Origin: Selaginella moellendorffii
Taxonomy: Eukaryota; Plantae; Lycopodiophyta
Length of the DNA: 7,683 bases
Direction: 5' to 3'
Assembly: GCF_000143415.4 (NCBI RefSeq)
Contig: NW_003314662.1
Coordinates: forward strand, 1 to 7,683
In this document: positions 1 through 7,683 of the stretch, in pieces
Layout: every line of letters begins with the position of its first letter
Position numbering within the stretch: position 1 is the stretch's first letter
Notes under the pieces: generated by a model
What the model saw: the letters and a program-made list of their open reading frames with translations, nothing else
What the model was told of the DNA's origin: nothing
Databases searched by the model: none
Made by a program: the position numbers and the translations under genes

Positions 1-156
1 AACCTCGAGTTGCTCAGCACGCCCACACATGGCATCCATCATGCCATGCATCTCATCTTGCATCTCTTGCTGATTTCGAGCGCGAGTGTGCGAGCGCGAG
101 TACGAAGCAAAATGCAAAACCTAACCTCACACGTGCGAAATGTCACGACGGTTGGT

Positions 157-298
157 AATCCCGCCACGTCATCATTCCTCGGACTTGGGCGCCACCATTA
201 ATTTCTGGATTGCCGCGCGCATGCATGCACGTGAAATCCAAAAGAAATCCGCAACGTCATCATTCCTCGGACTGCATGCATGCGAAATCCAAAAGAAA
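157..298. repeat. Interleaved short direct repeats
   Basis: ACGTCATCATTCCTCGGACT occurs at 166-185 and 254-273. GCATGCATGC(ACGT)GAAATCCAAAAGAAA occurs at 219-247 and 274-298. Confidence 0.9.
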
Positions 299-426
299 GA
301 TCATGATTGGGATATCATTTAATACCCTCGCTATATTTATACCATGCATGATTGGATATTCCAAAGCATCTTGTATTTCCAAAAATGCCAGATGTTCAAC
401 TAAATAAAAAATGGTATACAAAAAAT

Positions 427-1424
427 CCCAAAAAATGCACCAAAAAATGCTCGGCGTCATCTGGCGTTATCTCTTGAATGGCGTGGGGCCGCATGCCATT
501 TTCAGGGGCACATAGGAGTATATTCCTAGAATATTCTGACACGCGCGAGATTTTTTTGAGTTTTCTGGAGATCCAACCGTTAGATCGCAACTAGATTTTA
601 CATAATGGTATACAATGTCTTTCTTGATGACCCTGCAAAGAAGCATCTCGATCAAACACCACATGAGACCACACGAGCTTCACAATGTTTCAGGGGCATT
701 TGCCATAGATCTGACCGTTATTTTGCTCCAAGATTCTACAGTTTGGTGTGCATTGACCTTTCCATCGACACTGCAAAAGGACATCACAATCAGATGCGGG
801 ATCACAAGAAACCAACTTCACTAACTCTGGTTTCACCAAGATCTACGTAAGGAGTTATGAAATGAAAGGACCCTCTCTATTAAAATGTGTTTATGGTCCT
901 AGGGGCATTGTGACATATCAAAGGATTTTGCATCAAGTTCTGTATTTGCATGTTTATCAAGCTACTGAATTGCTAAACCCTAAACCCTAAACATGTGGCA
1001 AATGCTGCGTGAAGAAAGATGCCCTTTCTGGGCAAATGCTGTAAGAGGCAGATGCCGAGCAGATGTATCTCAGGCTAGCGAAGGGGACAAACGAAAGCTA
1101 GCTATAAACATGACGGGATGCAAATAGATTACTAGGCTAGTCCTGCGAAAATCAAAAACCATAATTGAAAACATTGAAAATGCAAAAAGAAAGGTTTATA
1201 ATATTTTTGAATTTTAAGCAACCAAAGGAATGTAAGTAGGGCATGTGTTTGTAAGTTTAAAAATGCCTCAACCACTTAAATTCCCAAGTAAATAAAGCTG
1301 TTTCTATTTTTGGTACAGGTAAACTTTATAGCGTGTGGGCTCATGCAATTTTAAACCCAAAAATGCACCAAAAAATGCTCGACTAGCATTATTCTTTGAA
1401 TGGCGTGTGGCCTTATATTGCCAT
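427..1424. repeat. Diverged direct repeat pair (427-499 and 1356-1424)
   Basis: Both start CCCAAAAA(A)TGCACCAAAAAATGCTCG and continue ..TTAT..TTGAATGGCGTG.GGCC..TGCCAT, ending in a palindrome copy. Confidence 0.85.
973..991 (+). repeat. Interstitial plant-type telomeric/telo-box tract CTAAA(CCCTAAA)2
   Basis: The sequence ctaaaccctaaaccctaaa matches the Arabidopsis-type TTTAGGG repeat and the telo-box AAACCCTA. Confidence 0.7.
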
Positions 1425-1729
1425 AAATGGACGTACACACAGAGCATAATTATTCCTTTACACGGCGAATAATCTTGGCGCGGATCGCTGACATGGCATG
1501 GCAAAGTTCGAATCACTGACATGGCACAGCTGGATCGAGGCAAGGACATGATGTGACAAAATTCAACCTCCGACAGCGAAGTCTAGAAGCTACTCAGTTT
1601 GAAATTTGTCAGAGGAATCATAAGATCTGGTTTGTCAGAGGATTTGATGTGACGTTCAAGCGTGTGTTATTTTTGAATTCTCGAACTCATTCCTAGGTCT
1701 ATCATTTTTGTGCGCCGTGTTGTTGGTTC

Positions 1730-1890
1730 CGCTGAGCGCAGTGAGCGCTGCTTGTGTAAGCGGCGTTGTGAGCTGTGGTTTATGCGTCTACGAGCGGTTG
1801 CGGCATTGCGAGCGCCATTGCGAGGGCAGTTTATGCGAGTGGCAGTTTGTGCGAGCGGCACTACGAGCAGTTGCGGTGTTGCGAGCAGCA
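1730..1890. repeat. CpG-rich degenerate minisatellite (TGCGAGC-type units), possible promoter or 5' UTR region
   Basis: CTACGAGCRGTTGCGGYRTTGCGAGC occurs at 1788-1813 and 1861-1886. A 16-nt tandem GGCAGTTTRTGCGAGY occurs at 1825-1840 and 1841-1856. Confidence 0.75.
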
Positions 1891-2081
1891 CTGTCTTTGG
1901 TGTGGCTACCGCTTCCTCTTGATATTCGGCACTTGTGCTTCCTGGTATGTTCACCATGGAATGGCTTAGGACCACATTTAGAAATGGCATGAGGCCACAT
2001 GCCATCTTGGGCCCTTGCAATTTCATGGCTAGCGTATTGTCATGTATGTTTTTACTTGCCTGCAGCTGTGTGTATATCAAG

Positions 2082-2299
2082 ATGGCATGAGGCCTCATGC
2101 CATCTTTGGCCCCTGCTAGCCTATTGCCATATTCCTTTTGCCTTGCTGCAATTGTATATATTTTTGTATTGCTGCAACTATATATATTTTTGTATGGGTG
2201 ACTAGTCACGCACACAAAAATATATAAAGTTGCAGCAAGGCAAAAGGAATATAGCAACAAGCTAGCAGGGGCCAAAGATAGCGTGAGGCCTCATGCCAT
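2082..2299. repeat. 218-nt loopless foldback (inverted repeat) bounded by two palindrome copies
   Basis: The centre is GTGACT|AGTCAC at 2203/2204. The right arm 2204-2299 (96 nt) pairs with the left arm 2082-2203 (122 nt). The 26-nt excess is a tandem duplication (2143-2168 and 2169-2194). Confidence 0.95.
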
Positions 2300-2332
2300 T
2301 AGTGGTACCACTAATGGCATGAGGGCTCATGC
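2281..2332. repeat. Second loopless palindrome, overlapping the right end of the foldback
   Basis: The centre is GGT|ACC at 2306/2307. 2289-2324 is a perfect 36-nt palindrome (CCTCATGCCATTAGTGGTACCACTAATGGCATGAGG). It extends to 2281-2332 with one mismatch and one G-T pair. Confidence 0.92.
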
Positions 2333-2487
2333 CAATTTTGTGAATGCGAAATTTCACGTGGGTGTCAATAGCATGTTTGAATAATGGCATGTGGCCTCAT
2401 GCTATTGAGGTTGTTTGGTATGTTATGATTTAGGCCATTCTCCAATCATTTTTTGTATGGTCTTAACTTCTTTTCTGCACTTTCAGA

Positions 2488-5400
2488 ATGGCCTTCAGGG
2501 TTGGGGAAAAGGTTTACATTTTGAATGGTGGGAAGAGAGTTGCAAAAGGGACCCTTGTGTCTATGGATCGGAACTTTGTTATACACTGTCAAAGGCTTGG
2601 GGAAGGCAATGTTGCTGTATCAGTAGAGACTGTTTTCGATGGGAATGTGGTCGCTATTGAACGAGGAGAGATGGTCGTCGGGGTAAATGTTGTTGTTGCC
2701 TTGAAAAATCTTTAGAAGAAAGCAGATGTTGGGGACAGCGCAAGTGCAACGCATGTTCCCTCCGTGGATCTTAAGAACCGTGCTACCTGGATTCAGGCAA
2801 AGGTGTTTCTAAACAACCCCGAGGGGGAGGTGGTAGCTGAGGGCTTAGCCACAGTTGTCGATCTAAGAGATGCGGTTGCTAATCAAGAATTGGGCTGGGA
2901 TGATATTGGAGTTGCGATTTTAGAGGTTGTTGACACAGAAGAAAACAGTCTGACTATTGGAAGCATTGTGCGGTGGAAATTGAGGCACTTCGTGTTTGAG
3001 AATGTGAAGGATTCACAATCAAACACCACTACAACTGATGACAGAACATCTCTTCATGGGAAAAGAAAGTACACCTTCCTAAAGCACAGCCAAAGGGATC
3101 TGAGCAACGAACTGAAAAGGCAGAAAATGGCGATGGAGGTTCGAATGGTCTCGACAGTTGCTTGTTGCAAGAAGAGGTGCTGTCAACATGCTGATTGGGA
3201 TGCTATTGAAGAGGAGAGAGCAAGATACAAGACATTGTCCTGGAAGGCAACTCGCAATTTTGTGTATGAGGCATTACGGTCATCTATTGATGCTTCAGAA
3301 CATCAAGTGGGGGGCATGGTCTTCCAGAGGGGTTTGGTCTGCATGAAGGTATGGAGAATCATTTATGGAGTCCCTCGAACCACATTCTACAGAATCAAAA
3401 CTGAGTTCGAGGAACAAAGGGTTCAACAGGCAGTCCATGGGAACGACGGTACGCACAAAACCAGGGGTCATGTTGTATATGGAGAGGCAATCTTCAAGAG
3501 GTTTGTCGAGACATGTAACGAGCAGCAACCACATAAAACCCACCTCTTGGAAGATGGAACACAAGACACCCAACGAATTCTCCCTTCCATGTATACCAAG
3601 GGGGCCATATTGGAAGATGTGAATTGGGAACTCCAGAGTAATGGCTACAGGAAGCTGAGCCAATCTAGATTTAGTAGATTGTGGAGCAACAGGTTCAAGG
3701 ATGTGAGTATAGGAAAGTACTCCAGCTTTTCAAAGTGTGACGAGTGCACTGCTATCAAAATGGCTTTGTCGAAGAATTCTTGCAGCGCTCAAGAGCGAGA
3801 GACGTTGGTTAGAAGGCGGCTCGACCACAACATCGAGCAGAGAAGCTGCAGAACTGCATATTATCATAACAGGATTCTCTCTATGGAGAGACCTGACTCT
3901 TACCTCTGCATCATCCACGACAAAATGGTCCAGAAAAAGACGTGCTTACCTTGACTCAATCCTGCCCCCAAGGCAATCTCTTCATCCATGCAGCTGCCTG
4001 TGTCTCTGTTTGGCATAATCGCTCATGGGCATGGTGCCCAGAACTATGGGAACTTCTTTGTACCTCTATGGGGTGGCGGGGGTGCAAACATGATGATTGC
4101 TTCCCTAGCCAAACACTTAAGGTCTCTGCAAAGTGCGCAGACTGAGCTAAACGGCCAACCCTTGCATAAGGCCCTTGTCGATCGAACCCCATACATGGTT
4201 CAGCTGGAGGAGGAGCAAAGGCTTGCAGTATCGCGTGGGGCCCCATGCCATCCCAGTGAATATGTTGGCCGTTAGATTGTAGGGTTATCACGTGAGGCCT
4301 CATGCCATTCCGACGAGGCTGGTCGCCCGGTGAATGCACAGCCTCATCGAAACAAAGCAGAATCTCAAGGAAGTTCTTGCGGCCGATGTGGCCTTCCACC
4401 CCATCTTCTGCTCCAAACAGACAATGCTGGCAGTGAGAACAAAAACATGTACGTCTTCGCGTTCTTGGCGATGCTTGTTGCCAAAGGCATATTTGAAACG
4501 GTTACACTTGGCTTTCTCATGGTTGGGCACACTCATGAAGACGTCGATGCCATGTTCAGTCACCTAGCAGAGTCCCTCTGGCGATCCAATGTCCTCACCC
4601 TCCTACAACTCTACGATGAATTCCAAAATTGCATCAAAGGCACTGTTGAAGTTGCACTTGTGACAGAGGTTCCAGACTTTAAGGGGTTTGTAAGAGGCTA
4701 CATCAAGGACGGATCCGAAACGCTGATTGGCCACTCCAAGTCTCTTCAATTTCATTTCAGCATGCGTGACGGTGCTCCAGTGATGAGGTACAAGATGAGA
4801 GAATGGGACACAGTGTGGCTGCCAGTGGACAGCATTGAACTCTTCAAGAGAGATCCCATAACTGGGGAACTTATGATTCCTCAGGGTTCCCCACGGCCGA
4901 TGCACCCGGATGGACTCAAAGACCAGGAAAGTATAGTGGCCGGGATTAGACAGCATATTGCCTTCTGGAAGAGGGGGTTGGTGTTTGGTGGAGAATCCTA
5001 TTTTCAGAGGTGCAAGCCTTTGCTCGAATACTGGGAGAAGATTATATTTGCTATCCAAAATGGGCCGGTTGTATATGAAGAATTGGAAGAGTCCTTTTGG
5101 CCAGAACCCAGAGCACCAGATAGTAGCGGAACAATATCCTCTGGAAATGCAGTGATAGATAACGATGTTAAGGATCACTATTGTGGGCCGAGGAATAAGA
5201 AGCCGGATTCAGCATTCAATCCAGTATAGGTCTGCAAAAGAATGGTCGTGCTTGTCAGACCTAGTAATAAAAAACAAATGATATGGGTGGGGCGCTGCAT
5301 CACTGATGTAGAGGAGGACGCGGAAACTAACTCCTTCAATGTAACTGTGGAGTGGTTCAAGCCAAGTTCCGGATATACGAAGGATTGCCTAGAAAAGAGA

Positions 5401-5556
5401 TGGGTGCTGAATCCAAGGGATCCCAGCATGAGCATATCGGTGGATAATGTTGTGCATGGTTGGATGCAGAAGCAGAGTGCCACCATCACCTTGCCAGACC
5501 ATGCAAGAGATGTAGCAAGAGCATTCATAACCCGGGTTCAAGGTGAGATTCATTAA
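2488..5556 (+). pseudogene. Disrupted DDD-type DNA transposase (Sola-like/DUF7869-type), ~1022 codons with 4 in-frame stops and no frameshift
   Basis: ORF starts 2488, 2764, 3988, 4330 and 5242 differ by multiples of 3. The linkers read open after single stops at 2713-2715 (TAG), 3952-3954 (TGA), 4273-4275 (TAG) and 5227-5229 (TAG). Motifs: CCKKRCC (3163-3183), FSKCDEC (CxxC at 3736-3747), IIHDKMVQKKT (D at 3919), LLLQTDNAGSENKN (D at 4420) and FLMVGHTHEDVDAMFS (D at 4540/4546). The DN..ENKN and GHTHEDxD motifs are recognised from Sola-like/DUF7869 transposases. Confidence 0.85.
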
Positions 5557-5629
5557 TATTCCTTTACTAAGCTTCTAATGTATTTTATTTCAAGGTGAAC
5601 AATCCGAATCTGAATCAGAGGAGGCGTGA
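5543..5629 (+). other. Putative short 3' intron (5543-5594) and terminal mini-exon (5595-5629, GEQSESESEEA*)
   Basis: Donor AG|GTGAGA at 5543, AT-rich interior with a CTAAT branch-like motif, and acceptor TTTCAAG at 5594. Splicing gives an in-frame acidic tail ending at TGA 5627-5629. 52 nt is short for a plant intron. Confidence 0.4.
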
Positions 5630-5823
5630 TGGCATGTGGCCTTACGCCATTCCTAGGTGAGATGATACAAATAACAAGTATAAATTCTTAGTTGTTCTAG
5701 CAAATCTTACTTAAAGTTCAAGGTGAACAAGCCGAATATGAATTCATCGGATTGTTATAACAAATTGCGAGGTGATGGCATGAGGCGATACGCCATTTGA
5801 GAGTGGTAGCCATTCCTATATGA
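5590..5823 (+). repeat. Diverged tandem duplication of a module (TCAAGGTGAACAAKCCGAATMTGAA plus palindrome)
   Basis: The module starts at 5590 and 5718 (128 nt apart). Each copy is followed by GTG and a palindrome copy (5629 and 5775). Confidence 0.85.
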
Positions 5824-6269
5824 GGTGAGTGAAATATTTATTAGAAATACCTCATTCAATTGTGCACTTCTAAGTCTTGGTCCACTCAGTACTGTTTGCA
5901 TGTTTCTATTTTAATTCTTTCTCTAAAATGTTATTTAGCATGTGGCTTCATGCCATTGCTCTCCACAATCATGCATTGAATTTTTCTATCCTTGCATAAT
6001 ACTTCTCCATATATATAGCATGTGCGCACATGTGATATGGTTCATTAGGCCTGATATAGTGTGTGAGGTAAAACAAAGATGATGTGACATATGCATTTAC
6101 CAATCACACGTGCATAAATTTAATAATATGGCATGTGGCCCATATTAATGGCACATAAACCCATATTGTGGGCTTACGTGCTTTATGTACCATCATTCCC
6201 TTGCAGCGTGTGTGTTGGTTTCCTTTTATAACACAACGAACTCCATATTTTAGGGTGAAGAGCGTTCTC

Positions 6270-6527
6270 ATGGCAAGCACAAAATCTGTAAGTGAGGCAG
6301 AAAAGGAGACGGAGAAGGAGATAGGTGAAGATGTAGAATATATAAGTCTTCCAAACTCCCCGTACTATACTCCAGGTGATCATTTTTCTGAACAAACGGC
6401 AACATTAACAACTATCGAGAACGCCCCAGTAACGTCAGAGACAACAATCCAAAGCAAAACAACTGACCCGGAAAAGGATGATAGTACCGCTGAGAGTACC
6501 AAAAAGGAGGTGTCCACTAGCGCTTAG
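6270..6527 (+). CDS. Possible short acidic, Ser/Thr-rich ORF or exon (85 aa) of unknown function
   Basis: A purine-rich open stretch MASTKSVSEAEKETEKE...EVSTSA lies in AT-rich surroundings, preceded by an acceptor-like ATTTTAG ending at 6253. No recognisable domain. Confidence 0.35.
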   Translation: MASTKSVSEAEKETEKEIGEDVEYISLPNSPYYTPGDHFSEQTATLTTIENAPVTSETTIQSKTTDPEKDDSTAESTKKEVSTSA

Positions 6528-6732
6528 GCTTATAATGGCGTGTGCCCTCATGCCATTTACTTGATCACCAAATACCTTTTTCCCTTTGCACTAGTATATC
6601 TTAATACCGGTCTGAGAAATAGAATGGCATGTGCCCTCAGGCCTTTTACTAAATCACCTTTGAAAGAAATGCAAGCCTCTATGTCGTAAAAAAAAAGGTA
6701 CTAGAGAAATTCCTTAATAATATGAATGTTAT

Positions 6733-6832
6733 NNNNNNNNNNNNNNNNNNNNNNNNNNNNNNNNNNNNNNNNNNNNNNNNNNNNNNNNNNNNNNNNNNNN
6801 NNNNNNNNNNNNNNNNNNNNNNNNNNNNNNNN
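6733..6832. other. Assembly gap (100 N)
   Basis: A run of exactly 100 N, typical of an unknown-size scaffold gap. Confidence 0.99.
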
Positions 6833-6902
6833 AAAGATAACATTGAATAATATCTAAATGTTCTCACCATTAAGTTATATGTCTGGCTAATAGGAATGAC
6901 GT

Positions 6903-7003
6903 TCATCTTGGAAAGCTCACCACACGCTCAATGAACAAACAAATAGTGTGTGCGCGCATGCCATCGCTCTTCTTTAGCTTCAGATTCGGCTTGTTCACCT
7001 TGA
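6903..7003 (-). repeat. Inverted third copy of the 5590/5718 module
   Basis: The reverse complement of 6943-7003 reads TCAAGGTGAACAAGCCGAATCTGAAGCTAAAGAAGAGCGATGGCATGCGCGCACACACTAT, which aligns without gaps to 5590-5650. Weaker similarity to 5797-5823 continues to about 6903. Confidence 0.85.
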
Positions 7004-7683
7004 CAATGAGATTTATTATACAACCAGATGGACTCAGTCTGGACACAAAGTCACCGCGCTAGTCACCATGCCCCAGATATGTCTAGCCCCTGGACAAAAA
7101 ACATATAATTTCACGTCATTTTTAAATACTTGAAAATTTGTACTTAGTCCCATTTTACTGAATAAATCCCACTTTAACGAAATAGAGCTTATACCCAAAT
7201 TTCCAACATTCAACACTAACATCTACAAAACTGCAAATAAATACCTAAAACACGATCACAAAGACTATATCTTTGGATATCCATTGCACTAACACTTTTC
7301 TTCAATCATTTTTAAGATCCAATATAAAATCAAAACACTAATAAGAAAAATAACATGAAAAATCAAGTTCTAAGGAAAATTCCTCATCACTCGAAACAAC
7401 AATGTCACTTCCACTAACACAAGTTTTAACAATATCAATGCCTCAACTTCACACCTTCTCCAATTTACTCTAAGTGTTAACGGATCAACCAACAAGTCAT
7501 AGCAAACGTATGCTACAACTTTTTTCCAACTCCTTAATGGGCAAACTCTCAAGGAACAAAGTACCAAAAAAAGTTTAGAATATTATAAATCACCAATGAG
7601 AATTTAGTCAAAGTTACTTTAACACTACTATGTACAAATAGACTAACTTCACTATCAACCACTTTGGGGTTGATCATCGTTTA

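Larger units (their letters stand above)
1945..2486 (+). other. Putative 5' UTR intron of the transposase gene
   Basis: A pyrimidine-rich acceptor TTCTTTTCTGCACTTTCAG ends at 2486, with one base between it and the ATG at 2488. Candidate donors are G|GTATGT at 1945 and, alternatively, at 2418. Confidence 0.5.
478..6964. repeat. Dispersed 22-bp palindrome family, consensus ATGGCRTGWGGCCWCAYGCCAT
   Basis: Near-full copies start at 478, 1328, 1400 (with a 3-nt insertion), 1984, 2082 (perfect ATGGCATGAGGCCTCATGCCAT), 2278, 2314, 2384, 4230, 4287, 5629, 5775, 5935, 6015, 6535, 6624 and 6943. There is a half copy at 6128 and a shortened variant at 29-47. Confidence 0.95.
427..7003 (+). mobile_element. 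Decayed DNA transposon body (approximate extent; termini not identified)
   Basis: A transposase pseudogene flanked on both sides by non-coding DNA that carries the same 22-bp palindrome and shared duplicated modules. The boundaries are simply the outermost shared repeats. Continuity across the N gap is not established. Confidence 0.6.

Noticed and set aside
10-850. Short ORFs at the window start
   Set aside because: They are short and overlapping, partly made of repeat translations, and have no recognisable domains.
1667-2275. 202-aa minus-strand ORF and overlapping plus-strand ORFs
   Set aside because: They run through the foldback and the GC-rich minisatellite. Repeated peptides such as GMRPHAI and MACGLMP are translations of the palindrome.
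3295-5528. Minus-strand ORFs (3295-3663, 3956-4399, 4603-5178, 5178-5528)
   Set aside because: These are antisense shadows of the transposase frame with no recognisable motifs.
2488-5556. Five-gene operon, alternative genetic code or U-to-C editing of the stops
   Set aside because: The ORFs are one frame, with catalytic motifs split among them. Both TAG and TGA interrupt it, which argues against a single codon reassignment. U-to-C editing is known from plant organelles and nothing here looks organellar. Methylation decay is the simpler explanation.
478-6964. CRISPR array interpretation of the palindromic repeats
   Set aside because: Spacing is highly irregular (14 nt to over 1.8 kb), there are no cas genes, and the context is eukaryotic.
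7004-7683. Right TIR or coding sequence in the AT-rich tail
   Set aside because: No inverted match to the window start, no palindrome copies and no convincing ORF were found by eye.

Overview
Eukaryotic, probably land-plant, DNA: it has GT-AG intron signals, a plant-type CCCTAAA telomere/telo-box tract and C-to-T decay at CG/CHG sites. Most of the window looks like one decayed cut-and-paste DNA transposon. Five + strand ORFs in the track (2488-2715, 2764-3954, 3988-4275, 4330-5229, 5242-5556) are in the same frame. Together they form one ~1022-codon reading frame with four in-frame stops (TAG, TGA, TAG, TAG) and no frameshift. The protein has two tandem N-terminal domains resembling TNP1/En-Spm-like (Transposase_23-type) domains and Cys-rich motifs. 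It also has a D-D-D RNase H-type catalytic core of Sola-like/DUF7869 type (HDKMxQ...QTDN.GSENKN...GHTHEDVD) and a C-terminal BAH/SH3-like beta domain. The most striking non-coding signal is a 22-bp palindrome (ATGGCRTGWGGCCWCAYGCCAT) found in 17 near-full copies from 478 to 6964, two of them in frame inside the transposase. These copies sit at the edges of local duplications and of a 218-nt loopless foldback upstream of the ATG. A 100-N gap lies at 6733-6832. No TIRs or TSD were identified. Family assignments come from motif recognition, not from a database search.
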